From assembly GCF_009914755.1 (NCBI RefSeq), contig NC_060929.1: a DNA stretch of 64,000 nt. One strand, written 5' to 3'. The stretch comes from the human T2T-CHM13v2.0 reference genome, Homo sapiens. Shown here piece after piece: positions 27,163 through 42,959 of this stretch. Positions within the stretch are counted from its first letter, which is position 1. Each line of letters begins with the position of its first letter. Position numbers and translations under genes: made by a program. The notes under the pieces are model-generated. The model was not told the origin of the DNA, did no database searches, and saw only the letters and a list, made by a program, of their open reading frames with translations.

Positions 27163-30100
27163 CTTGGCCAGTTTTGCAATGAAAAGAGAAACCTGAAGGT
27201 AGCATAGGAGCACAATATTGACATGTTAACAAACTGATCATTGCTGCCTCTTTCCTTATAGACCTTCTTTTTGAGAAATGCACACTTGAGCCAAAAGAAG
27301 ATACATAAGCCTGAGTCCTCTATCACTTACATTCTTTCAAATCAAAAGCAGCTCCCAATGTTGGGGGTCTTGTCTGCCTTCACCATTTGAAAGAGGAAGT
27401 GTAGATTATATGAAAACATCATCAGTCTCAGGAAAGAGAGGGTTAAATTCTGCATGAGACTCAGACCTTCAATACATCTCAGTGAGTCATGGAAAAATGC
27501 ACAGACCGGCTCCTGCTTTAGTTCTGCTGTCTCTAAAAGCAGCTATATTTGATTGTCCTGAAGCTGATGTAGCATTATGTGTCAGAGGAGCTAAATAACT
27601 TCTATAACTCAGAAACAGACTTTTTGTTTTTAATGTAGAGAAACTTGTTTAAATGCCAAGAGTCCTCTGGGCATATATATGAAATTTTAAAACACTACAT
27701 GTAAGAGTGAGGAGAGATGAGTAACCACCTAAGACAGAAATAGTGAGAAAAGGTATCTAGGGAAAAGAAGGTGTGTCTTAATAAATATCAGGCAGACTGT
27801 GAAATGTGTACATGAACTGCATTTTAGACTCTATCTCTTTAAGTGTTAATGCATTGCGACTACTAAATGCATTATTAAAATGGTGCCGATTGCTCAAACC
27901 TTTGTACCCAAAGCACTGGATTATGTTATCCAAAATTTTAAAAATACAAACAAACACTTTTCATAACAAAAGTTCTCTCAGACTTTTGACCTCTCTCTTT
28001 CTGGCATTACACGAAGCTAGAACTTGTAGGGGTTGGAGAATGTGGCCTCTGATCACTAACCAGGGTTTTCTCTTTACACTGGCTTGTTTACTTATTTCTT
28101 CACCAAAGCCAGGGAACGTCCCTTTAGCTACTGCAGCATTTCTAACAGATGCGACAAATCACAGGGGTGTATTTTGACTGCTACTCTGTCATGTGAACAA
28201 GAGAAACACTGAAATCTTTTCCCAGTCCCTGTGCTTCATCCTTGTTTTCCCAAAATGTTTGTAAACTGCTCCAGAGAATTCTTCTTTTAATATTTGAGTC
28301 TTCTTTCCTCTGGTAGATTAAAATGTTAATACTTACGTTAATAAGATAAAATGTCATTAACTGGAAATCATTTTGCATCTCTGTTATCTATTCTGGCATT
28401 GTCATTTCAGTATTGTGGCTGATTGGAGGTCCAAGAAACTATTTTAATGTAAGATTACAGAACTAGACACTAGAAATTATTTCTATGTTCATTATTTTAA
28501 GGTTTTGAAAATGAGCTGATCATTTTCATTAGAATATCCTGGCAGTAGTATTCATGTTTCATTATAAATAAAATGTCCATTAGAATTTGTGAAATATAAA
28601 ACAAAAGGTGCTTCATATTATATATGTAAATGCAAAGGTGCCTTAATTCCCACTGATCTTTGACAGCCTAAATGAAAGATCTCCCTGCATTTCTGTGTAT
28701 TTGCCATCATTGTTAAATTGCCACAAAGTTGCTTTCGACTTTTTAATCATTTGGGAGAAGGCAGCAGTACTGGCAGGAACTTCAAGTAACTTAGCAAAGT
28801 GTGTTGCCCTCCTTTTCCTCCACCCAACAACCTAAAATTACCAGCTTTCCATAAAAATTGTAAACTTTCTAACATTCATTTCATTCACTCAAATATAGAT
28901 TTGTAAGGTTTTTTTAAAGCATATTATTCCAGCATCACTGATTTGTTTAGTTATGAAACACCCCACATTCCATAGAAAGTAATACTTAGGCTTTGTATTA
29001 CATTTGCTAGGTAGGTAACTGTTTCAGGTCAAAAAACATTGCCCTGAACTCTCTGGCTGCTGCAGACATTCCTGCTTACAACACTATGGACTGCGAATAT
29101 TGTGCACAAACTCTTTTGTCTTCAGCCCAAGAGATGGAATTCAGCAAACATGCAGTTGACTTTTTCTATAAGAACAATAATTGCTGCACTACTAAATCTT
29201 GCAACTTCTATATTAAGACAAACTTGATGAAAAATGGGTCAAAATTTGAGGCTCAATATCAGCCTCATTTGGCAACAGAGCCAATCCTCAGTAATCTGTG
29301 GAAATGGCAGGCAGGGAGAGTAGGGAACATCTCCAAAACCCATTTTAGCAATATTCCAACAGTTCCAGTTATCAGAGCTCTTAACAAAGAGCAGAATTTA
29401 AGGTTCTTCCTCAATTCTCAGGCCACCCTGGAGGTGAGGTGAGAGAAAGGGAGGAAAGGGCAGGCTCCTGACTCTCTTTACTGAGGAAAAAAACAAAAAC
29501 AAAAAGACAGAAAGGAGGAGATTAAGACCAACACATAAGGCCACAAAGAAAGGGAGAATGATGACTGTTTTGAAGCGATTTGCATTCTTTTAGCAGACCT
29601 GAGTAAAAGGAAAGCCCTCCCGAAAAACACAAAAACACTGCCCCACTCACTTCATTTCTTCCTGAAGGGCAGGCTCAACAGGACTAAAAATCTGCTCCTT
29701 GAACAGGAGATTTGCTAAACAATCCATGCATAGTAGTAACATTCACCTTACATTTAATAATTACTTTATAAGTGTCAAAGCAATGACAATGAAGTAAAAC
29801 AAGTAGATTGATTTTTCAATAAATGAGCTACAAATTTAAGACTTCCAAAACACTGGTCTAAAAAAATTGTCAAGATAGGCAATATTCCAATTGATACTGT
29901 CACTGCTAAACATTAGTATTTCCACTGGAATTATCTAGAGAGTTAGTTAACAAGACATTCAAGACAAACAGTCTCAATGCCTAGTAGATATCACCTCATC
30001 TTTGACCATATCTGGAAGGGAACCAACATGATTCAAAATATTCACCAGACTTGGCTCTGAATAACCGCCAGCTAAATAAAAAATAATAATAACCTGCAAT

Positions 30101-30235
30101 ACAAAGCCCAAGACTGTCCAACACCAAGGACATCTAAAGATGACAATGGTTTCTGAAGAAATTATCGCATTATTTTATTGATCCCAACAATGACTCCATC
30201 AAATCAGTAAAATAAAAAAAATTTTAAAAAAATCA

Positions 30236-30522
30236 GGCCGGGGGCGGTGGCTCACGCTTGTAATCCCAGCACTTTGGGAGGCTGAGGCGCGCGGATCACG
30301 AGGTCAGGAGATGGAGAACACGGTGAAACCCCGTCTCTACTGAAAATACAAAAAATTAGCGGGGCTTGGTGGTGGGCGCCTGTAGTCCCAGCTACTCGGA
30401 GAGGATGAGGCCGGAGAATGGCGTGAACCCGGGAGGCGGAGCTTGCAGTGAGCTGAGATCGCGCCACTGCACTCCAGCCCGGGCGACAGAGCAAGGCTCC
30501 GTCTCAAAAAAAAAAAAAAAAA
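30236..30522 (+). mobile_element. AluY with 12-bp left-arm deletion (Yd-like)
   Basis: GAGATGGAGAACACGGTGAAACC lacks ACCATCCTGGCT; GAGAATGGCGTGAACCCGGGAGGCGGAGCTTGCAG; CpG-rich. Confidence 0.93.
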
Positions 30523-31226
30523 TCAGCTCTCACAAAGACTGTGGAAGAAGTCCTTAGTGAAGTGATAAAAGGCCAAATTATAAGACAGATGCCTAGCCTG
30601 TGCCGGGAGTGGAAAAAGCCCTCCGTGAGCAGATTTCACGATTCAAGGTTAAGTCTCTAGAGTGAAAATAAGTGTAGTTTCACAGAAGTTGGCATATAAG
30701 GAATTCAACCTTTAGAAATATATACTGTGAATTCAATATCCAGAGTTCTATACATTATGGCTTTGTAGATTATAAAACTGTAAAATTTAAGTGTTTCACC
30801 AAACTTCCACCATTATTACCTCAAAAAGTTGTATTACACAGAACTTCAACTTTCTATATGACCCGTTTCAGTAATGTGTGCATTTCTTAAAATGAGCACA
30901 TTTCTCCTGTAATCAGAAGAGGTTGGTTTTTTGTTGTTGTTGTTGTTTTGTTTTTTGTTTGTTTTTAAATAAATAACAGAAAAAGGTGTCAGTATTTGGA
31001 AATACTATTCTTCATGGGTAGAAACTTGATAGTGATTATATAGGTGGTTAGGGTGAAAAATAGCATGAGTTCCATTTTTAACTTCTTTCCCAGAACATTT
31101 AACCTAAAACAACCTAAGACACCGAAGTTAAAAGGCTTGCTAAGTCAGAAAATTCAGGAAGGGAAGCTTGAATGCAGGCAGTCTAACCAAAGGCAGTGGA
31201 GGAAATGCTGGAAAACTACGGTCTTA

Positions 31227-31538
<312 letters not shown>

Positions 31539-32026
31539 TTAATAGACAAACCAAATATTGTAAATTTAAGGTAGCATTTCTAGCGATACCTAACAAATTA
31601 CCATCACTTTGTATAAAAATAACAGATTTTAAATACACTGTTTATATGTGTTCTTAAAATGGCATGCAAACATTATAAAATCCTTTTATAGCCTTGTAAT
31701 ATTTCAGATCAAATAATAGCTCTGAAAGAGATGAGAGAAGATACTGTCCATCCCTTTAGATAAGCAAATATTGTAGTCTTCCAGAAATAAAGATTCTATA
31801 ACTGGCTGATAGTCCTCTTCATGGTTTTGATTGTTTTATGGGTTCCATGCTTGTATGCATCCCATGAAGTCTCTCAGTTCCCTAGCTCTTATTTGGTCAC
31901 TCTCCTTTGTATCACTAAAGACAACAATTTAGTTTTGTCTTGAATGATTGAGGACTTGCATTATTACTCACTGGCTGCATTTAACCCAGGCTATGCAAGT
32001 TGAAAAACAAACAACAAAAAATAATA

Positions 32027-32331
<305 letters not shown>

Positions 32332-32332
32332 T

Positions 32333-32641
<309 letters not shown>

Positions 32642-32785
32642 TAAGACATCTCTATTAGTTTTGAAAACTGAGTATAGAAAGCTAATTTCATTTTACAAGT
32701 TAAAAATATGCAAGCCAATGAATTTAAGTTGGTAAGTTTTATCTCATATAGGTTAAGCATCCCTAGTCAGAAAATCTGAAAAATC

Positions 32786-33542
32786 TGAAACCACCTTTGC
32801 AAAGATTATGACAGTGAGAGAAGTCTAGCATGACTGATTCCATCTTGCTTCTAACCTCACAGGCTGGCTGTCCTCACTCATTCCCAGGCACAGGCCAAGC
32901 TAACCATTGGAGAGATTTAGTTTAAATTTTAACTTTGAAACAATGATGATGCTAGTTGCTCCCTAAAATTGACACTTTCCTTGTTCAGGGACTGAAACTG
33001 CCTCTGTAAGATTAATTTTGAAAAGCCACAAGATTAGAATTGTGGGAAAGGCCTGAATTCTGGTAAGATGCAGGCATAGCTTACCTTCCTATAAGGCACC
33101 AGAGGTCACAAGATTTGTGACTTCCCCACTTGCTACTATAAATAACATCACTATTGTAGAACTTAAGATTGGTCCTTTGAGATATTTCTTCATCCTGCAT
33201 CCTGGCAACTGACTGACTCCATCTAGACCTGTGACTCATGACTCAACCAGTTCTGTGGCCCCACCCACAGGCTGACTCAGCACACAAGGGCTGTTCTCCA
33301 CACCCCTATGATTTCACTTGTAATCAATCAGCAGCACCCATTCCCTTACCCCCCCACCCAACAAACTACCCTTGAAAAGCTCTAACCTCTGAACCTCTGA
33401 GGAGACAGACTTGAGTAATAACTCCCATCCTTCCACTAGGCTGCCTTGCAATAATTGAACTCTTTCTCTAATGCAATAATGCTGTCTCAGTGAATTGGCT
33501 TCATCTGCACAGTGGGTAAGAAGAACCCATTAGGTGATTACA
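32786..33542 (+). mobile_element. ERV1 solo LTR, LTR8B-like
   Basis: Starts TGAAACCACCTTTGCAAAGATTATGACAGTGAGAGAAGTCTAGCATG, ends AGGTGATTACA; AAATC on both flanks. Confidence 0.85.
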
Positions 33543-33673
33543 AAATCTGAAATATTTCAAAATCTGAAACTTTTTGAGTGCTGACATGACACTCAAAGAT
33601 CATGCTTAAAGTTAATGGTTATTGGAGCATTTTGGATTTCAAATTCTCAGATTAGAGATGTTTAACAAACAAA

Positions 33674-34847
<1,174 letters not shown>

Positions 34848-35231
34848 CACAAATGTTCCCAAACCTGAAAAAAATCCAAAATGTGAAACACTGCTAGTCC
34901 CAAGCATTTTGGATAAGGGATGCTCAACCTGTATCAGGTATTCAGTTTAACTATCTCCTTAACATCCATACATAAGTTACTCTTTTATTAAGCTGAACAT
35001 CAGGCAGGCTTTTACATTATAAATCTTCATAAAATGATTACGGATATTAGACTCACAGAACTTTAGAGTTGGGACACTTTTTAATAATGTTACCTTAATC
35101 ATTCCACTATTGACATGGCAAACATTTTAGATGGTCACAACACATTTGGTTGTCCCTTAATTATGTCAATAATCTTTATTTTATTAAAGAATTATGTATA
35201 TTAGAAAACATAGCTTGAGGTGTGTATGGGT

Positions 35232-35728
35232 GTGTTGCTGGTGCTCAGGACACACCATCCCAAAATATGACTGTGAGAGACCAGAATGTGCAACCCCAAA
35301 ATACACCCCTTTGGCATCTTTTGAGCTTGTTCTGAAAACCTATACTTTTATAAAGGAAAGTTCTATCTCTAAAAGAAGTCTACATTAGTAAAGTAACTGT
35401 ATCAGGAAGAAGGCTGCTCTATTACCAGAGAGACTTTATCTGCATAATAATACAACTTTTATTCACCATACAGCTCCATTCCTCACCCTCCTGTAACTTG
35501 TGTCACCACCACCCAGAAGGCCCAAGCCCTTTTCCTTTCTGTAGCTGAGGATGTTCTATAAACTTCAATCATCTGACCTTTCCCTTGTCTCATGTTTTGT
35601 GGAACTCCTTTGCGGCTACCGGTAATTAAAGTGGTTTTTCTCCTGTTAATCTGTCTTCTGTCAGTTCATGTCTTAGGCTTGGTTGTTGAACATTCAGAGG
35701 GTAGAGAGAAAGTTCTCTCTCCCTTATA
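35232..35728 (+). mobile_element. ERV1 solo LTR, MER34-like
   Basis: GCTCAGGACACACCATCCCAAAATATGACTGTGAGAGACCAGAATGTGCAACCCCAAAATA; TTTTCTCCTGTTAATCTGTC; ends CTCCCTTATA. Confidence 0.75.
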
Positions 35729-35894
35729 GTGTATAATATATAATTTGCTTCCTTTGAATTTTTTCCAAGTGTTTGTCGTTCCCTGTCAAGTAATCTTCAC
35801 GAAATCCCTGTGAAAGAGATGGTAAGTAGACAGTGAAAAAGGGGCAGTCATTGATGCTCCTGGCCATGGAACGAGTGCAGGACAGGTTCCTCTT

Positions 35895-36064
35895 GCAGGC
35901 CAGTTTCATGGGTGTGTCACCTGTGCAGTCACAATCCACAGGACTCATAAGGGCCCACACTTGCTTTAACACTCTGCTGTCACTACCATGAAATTCTTTA
36001 TTTTTAAACAAGAAGCCCCACATTTTCATGTTGCTTTAGGACCACAAGTTATGTAGCCTTTCTG
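35895..36064 (+). mobile_element. MER96-like hAT MITE
   Basis: TTTCATGGGTGTGTCACCTGTGCAGTCACA...CCCCACATTTTCATGTTGC...TTATGTAGCC. Confidence 0.75.
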
Positions 36065-37090
36065 CTCCTTTGTCTTTAACACCGGCTCCCCACCCCATGA
36101 CAATTAATGAACCTCTAGAAGAGTTGCAAACACAGTAAAATTGTTTTTCCTCAGGCCTCCACTTATTGCTGTGTGCTGAGAAGCTCATCACAGCATGCTA
36201 CAGACCTCGCTCAAATGCAACCTTATTTTCTTACCTCAGTACAGTCTATGTTAACCTCCTCATGCTACATTTTACATATAGGACATTCCCTCTGACTTTT
36301 CTGAGGAGTCAAATGCCTTATAATACCTTCTAAAATATCTTCTCAAAATATATTCTACCATCTTATGCATATACTGTCATCTATTTCCCTCCCTCTTATT
36401 TAAAACAAATTTTTGAGAACGGAGAGATCGATTTCATGGTTGGAAAGACCAACTCTGTAAATGATGATAAGCCAAAGAAAAGCAAAGACAACAGCAAAGA
36501 AAGTGAATTTGCCAACATGTTAATCGTGGTGCGTCCTCTACTTTTCTCTCAAGTTCTGGCATTGGATTTGCTCCGCCTTTGTCGCCTCTGCCCTGTGTTG
36601 CATCCAGCTCTCTGTTGAAACTGAAACATCATAACAACAATGAGGATAATAGTGTGTATGGAATCTTCATCAGTATATTTGACCTTAGAATCCACCCGTG
36701 AGCACAAGAGAGAGCTTAGGCTTGACATATTTCCCTAAAATGGTGTGTCTGTTCACTCACATGCAAACATGTGCACCCTGGCCAGTCATTTTTATTACCT
36801 TCAAATGAACTGTCATGAAGTGGAGTGAGGTCTGAATGTGCTTTGGTGTTTTCAGCTTGGTATGTCTCTGCCAGGCTCTCCTGGTTCTAAGGCATTGACA
36901 CAGAGCTGTCTCACCTCCAGTCCCAAATACAGCTCCACAGAATTATCAGGGGCCCTGCAGCCACGATTCTCTAGGCTATTATGATAACTTCACTACTAGC
37001 TGCATTGTTACCAGCTCAGGTTGACATTCCCACACCACCCAGAAGGAGCATGTTCTGTCAGAGTTTCTGGGGGAATCAGTGCCTTTGTGG

Positions 37091-37165
37091 AAGAAAAAAA
37101 AAAAAAAAAACCCAAACCAAACCAAAGCAACAACAACAACAACAACAAAAACCCACAACAAACCC
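37091..37165. repeat. Poly-A / (CCAAA)n / (CAA)n compound low-complexity tract
   Basis: Read directly. Confidence 0.85.
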
Positions 37166-37357
37166 TCCCAAAGGGAAGGCTAGAAAAATGAGCCAGAGGC
37201 AGTAACCAGGGTCTTTTGAAAACTAGTTTTTAAAAGGCCTCCTTTTCCTTCCCATTCCATCTGTTCTCTAACCCTTCCATTAACCCCCAGAGCCTCTTGT
37301 TCTTGCTCCCTTCCCCAGAACTTAAGCAATAGACAAAAGACACTCTCACTTCCTTAC

Positions 37358-37401
37358 ACGTCAAGAAAATCGGAATGGACTTCAGTATGGCTAAGGCAAA
37401 T
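37358..37401 (-). other. Candidate 44-nt exon
   Basis: Minus strand: TTTTCCTCTTCAG / ATTTGCC...TTGACGT / GTAAGG. Splice-signal pattern only. Confidence 0.25.
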
Positions 37402-38703
37402 CTGAAGAGGAAAATTAATAAACCACCACATTACTAGATAGATACCATAAACAATCAGGATTTGAAGAATAATTCTAAAAATAAGAAAAAGGGGTAAACA
37501 TTTTTTTTTAAATGAGCAGCATTTAGAAGTACCGAAATACCCATATAATCACTAGGCTTGTTGCCTAGTGAAGAAGCACATTCCACATGTTCATCATAGT
37601 TTTTAAAAAATATCTGGATTCAAATCCAACTGTACCGCCAAGTTTACCTGTATTTTGGTTTACATAAGCACAAAAACTCTAATGCTTCACAAAACCATTA
37701 GCTCAAATGCACATTTTTTTTTCTGTGAATTTCACTTTAAAGGTTTAGTGGATTGATTTATAATTTGTTGCCTTTTGTCTTTTTCAACAGTATGTCATTA
37801 AGTCTTTAATTTGGTGTTTCCTGTAGTCTGCAGTAGGATATATGCTATTTTAAATCCAAGGATTGCAGACATAGATGGTGGGTAAAAATCTGTGAACCAT
37901 AAGTAAATTCTTATAAGGAACATACAAAAAAGATTGTTCTTCAGTCAGACTTAAGCCATTACTTTTTTCTAAAGAAGAAAAGGCACAAGTTAAGAAAAAG
38001 GCACCGTCAAAGACCTTCTGCCCAAATGTGCATCTCCATGAAGTTTCCTGCTGAGTGCATATGAATGCACCGTGATCTGGGAAAAGGATCCAAATAGGAT
38101 TTCAAACATCCAAAAATTTTAACTCAAACATTTAGGTATTTCACCATGCTGCTATTCATTCATTCACTGATTTTTTTTGTCTTAGTTTAAAGAGATGCTA
38201 AACAAAAGGAGGCAAGCTCTACATGTATTTACATTCCAAAACTAAGCTCCCCTCACCATCCCCCAAGTCTGTCATCCCTTCACAGCTAAACAAACCGTAA
38301 AGTCTAGCCTTAACTTGGGGAAGAGAAGTAACAAACATGTAAGAAAGTTTCTCCCTTTTCTTCAACAAAACAGAACTAAACACCCGGAGTGAATAATCTA
38401 TTATAGTTCCCAATGTTGTTGTTTTTTTCTATAATCTGCACAATTTAAGATAATGCATGTAGGCTAAATTAAGGAACAAGATCAGATTCTTTACGAATTT
38501 GGTACTATTGAGTTCTTTATTGTTAAACAGTTTTTTGTCAATGAAATGCATTGGCATCTTAACTACTAAATTTAATGAAAAAATATGTATGTTAATTTAT
38601 TTATAAAATTGATGAATTTATTATCATAAAGTATAAGACTTTCTGAAACACCCTGAAAAAGATAAACAGGTTTTTTTTTTTTCTTTTTATGTTCCTAACC
38701 CAG

Positions 38704-38786
38704 TTGAGACGTACCTAAGTTTGTCATCTAACAGTGAAGGTTTTTCCAAGTGATTTTATTTATGCCCTTATCCACATATGTCAAAG
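38704..38786 (+). other. Candidate 83-nt non-coding exon
   Basis: Long pyrimidine tract ...CCTAACCCAG acceptor and consensus donor AAG/GTAAGT; stops in all three frames. Confidence 0.25.
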
Positions 38787-40178
38787 GTAAGTAAACGACG
38801 TATTGTTTAAGTAGGTTTCCATTTGCTTTGAGATAAGGCTAAAGCAATTAATTCTCTGGTAGTTTTTATTTTTAAGAGGGTCTACATTATTATTTCGGAA
38901 GCTTTATCTTAACAAATGATCTGAGAATCTTCATATCTACTTAAAGTAGTGTTCGGTAAAACTACAGAGGGCTATACCTAGAAATCTATTATTTGTTGGA
39001 AGGATTTCTTAAAAGCCTTCAATTAATATCATATTGAACGACAGTTAAGTATGTTGGGGCCATGAAGTCACTGAATTATCTCAATCTCTGAATGTATTTA
39101 CAAATTTTCAAATTTCAACTTTAGATCTTCTGCATATGCATAATTCCAGAAATGTAATAAACTACATCCTAAATTTGAAAAGGAAATGTGAATATTATGA
39201 CATTCTAATGCTCATGCCAATGTAGCCTTATACAAACATACACTTGATTCTGTAAAAAATCTGGAACAAAAAGTAATATTTATAATTGGGTTGTTATAAA
39301 TTGAAGAATCAAGTAGGAATGTAAGCACCATCTATTTCCATTTTTTAAAAAACCAGACCTATACTTTCACTGCTTTTCACAAAATATCTACAAAAGCATT
39401 AAACTCTTTCATCTACAGCACACTTTGCAATTATTCTCTTCTTCTCACATCTGAAAAGCAAATTAGCAGTTCTCAAATGTGACGCTACAACACCAGACAA
39501 AATTGTAAGCTCTGAGCTTTGTTAAAACTAGTATGAAAAAACTAAATATATCTGTAGATCTAAAAGAAATATAACCAAAAAAGTAAACATATGAAGTATT
39601 AAAGTTACTTATAATTGGAAATATCTGAAATATTAAAATGAGATTTTAAAAATCAGTGGTGACCCTCCCCCTCTCACACTGTCAATGGAGACTGTGTACG
39701 TTCCAGGAACCTGGACTGGCACTGGGGGAATGATGTGTCCTTTCCCCTCCTTACAGGAGCAGTGTCAGCGGAGGCCTACTAGTTAGGACTTTCACCACCA
39801 CCTTGCAGTACCAAGGCCACCCCCCTGCAGTGTCAGTAGAGACTGTACTCAGAGCAGTAAGAATCCCCACCTCTCCCAGAGTGGGGGTATCATGGGAAGG
39901 CTGGTAAGGAGCCTGAACTCCTGCCCCTGCCAAGCAATAATGAGGTATGCCTACCCACCAGATGCCAACAAAGACTTAGTGGGTAACCCAGACATCCAAC
40001 CCCATTGAACAAGTAAAGAGGTAGAGCAGTATCAGACGACATCTACTAGACAGAAGGTCTCAAAAAGATCCATCCAAAATTTCATGAAATAATAGCCAAA
40101 GTGTCTAAAATTTGATGAAAAATGACTTGTCATACCAAGAACCAGAAGCACCTCAACTTGAATAAGAAAAGACAGTCA

Positions 40179-40555
<377 letters not shown>

Positions 40556-40558
40556 TTA

Positions 40559-41077
<519 letters not shown>

Positions 41078-41743
41078 TCAATCTGAACAACAAAGAGAAA
41101 AAGTCTAAAAACAATGAACAGAGCCTCAGGAACCTGTGGGACCATAATCGAAGATTTCCTTTGTGTCACTGAAGTTTCAGAGGGAAAAAAGAAAGAGGGT
41201 GTGGCTGAAAACTTCTTCTAAGAAACAATGGCTGAAAATATCCCAAATTTGGCAAAAAGACATAATGATTGAAGAAGTTTACAGATTGAAGTTTAGAGAA
41301 CCTCAAACATTTGAAAAACCCATGGAAATCCATGCCAAGATACAACATAATGAAATTTCTGAAAAATAAAGACAAAGAAAAAGCTTCAAAGCAGCAGGGC
41401 AGAAAGGGACACCTCACCTAAAGAAGAATAAAAATTAAAATGACAGCAGATTCCTCCCCAGAAACCACGGAAGCCAGAAGGAAATGATGCAACATTTTCA
41501 AGTGCTGAAAGAAAAGATCTGTCAAGACAGAATCTGATTCTCAGTGAAAATATCCTTCAGAAATGAAGGGGCAATTGAGACATACTCAGACGAAGGGAAA
41601 CTCAGAGAATTTGTCACTGGCAGACCTACCCTAAAGAAATGGCTACAGAAAGTTATCAAAATGGAAGAGAAATGATAAAAAGAAGAAATACTGGAACACT
41701 GGGAATAAGGAAAATTGAAAAGAGCAAAAATACGCGTAAGTAT

Positions 41744-42372
41744 TATTGGGGCTCAGGAAACAATGTCCCAAAGTATGGTGCTTTGGCATGCTGAGTGCTT
41801 TGAATCAAGGTTTCTCTGACCTTCTCCTCACCCTCCTCCAGTCCCCTGCTGCCCCTGTCTCTCATCTCTTGCCCCTCTTTCCCTCCCAAAGTGCAGGAAG
41901 GTGCTTTCTCTGAAGTTCCCTTATCTGACTAAGGGAAGTTCCTCCAGAAGAAATGCAATTGCTTTGAGCCCCCCTCTCTATAATCTTATCAAACAGAGAA
42001 GATTAGCTCACAGGAAAGGAGACTAAAGGTCAAAACCACCTATTCTGAAGATTGCTAGCTGAGAGACTTTATCCGTATAACAAGACAGCCTCTGCTCATC
42101 ACACATTTTTCTCCCCTCAAACCTCTATAACCTGTTACCACCTCCCACCAGAAATCCCAGCCCCTTATTTCTTTCTGTAGCTCAAAATGCTATTTAAGCT
42201 TCCACCATCAGGCCCTTTTTTGAGTCTCATATTGTGTGGGGCTCCCGTCTATATGCATGTAATAAACGTGTGTGCCTTTTCTCCTGTTAATCTGTATATT
42301 GTCAACTTTATTCCAGAGACTCAAATTATTGAACCTTCAAAGGATGGAGGGAAAGTTCCCTTCACCCCTATG
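41744..42372 (+). mobile_element. ERV1 solo LTR, LTR49/MER39/MER34-like
   Basis: TATTGGGGCTCAGGAAACAATGTCCCAAAGTATGGTGCTTTGGCATGCTGAG start; AATAAA then GCCTTTTCTCCTGTTAATCTG; ends CACCCCTATG. Confidence 0.78.
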
Positions 42373-42959
42373 CCCTTCTCCTCTTGAGAGATATCATGTT
42401 TGATGGTGGAAGAAAAAATTACAACACTGTCTGATGTGGTTCTCAATGTTCTCAAAGAGGAGATATAAAGAAGAATAAGTAGAAATCGTTGAACTGAAAA
42501 ATGTAATAATGAAATTAAAAACTCAATGGATAGGCTCGACAGCAGGATGGAGAAGTCAGGTCAGTGAACCTGCAGACTGAAAAACAGGAATTACCCAATC
42601 TGAACAACCGAAAGAAACTAGACTGAAAAAATAAAAAATATTTAAGACAATTATATTATAAATGAGGAGGGTAAAGGGATGTAGAGAGAGATAATAATTT
42701 TTACATTGGACTTGAATTAGTAAAATGTTGACACAAATAGGCTGTTAAAGATTATGGATGTACAGTGTAATACCTAAAACGACACTAAAAATCTAAACAG
42801 ACACATTTAAAAATATTACAGATATATGGAAATGCAATTATAAACAAAGTTCAAATAACCCTCAGGAAGGCAGGAAAAACAAAACAGTGAAAGGTAAAGA
42901 GACGGTTAAGTCGAAAAAGCAAAAAATGAAATGGCAGACTTAAGCTCTAGACTTTCGAA

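Noticed and set aside
27806-28177. 123-aa ORF with non-ATG start
   Set aside because: No recognisable homology or coding-like composition; consistent with chance
29086-29442. 118-aa ATG-initiated ORF in unique DNA
   Set aside because: No recognisable family, promoter, poly-A tail or TSD to support a gene or retrocopy
41163-41417. Overlapping ORFs in L1 region
   Set aside because: Frameshifted remnants of an ancient L1 ORF1, not an intact protein
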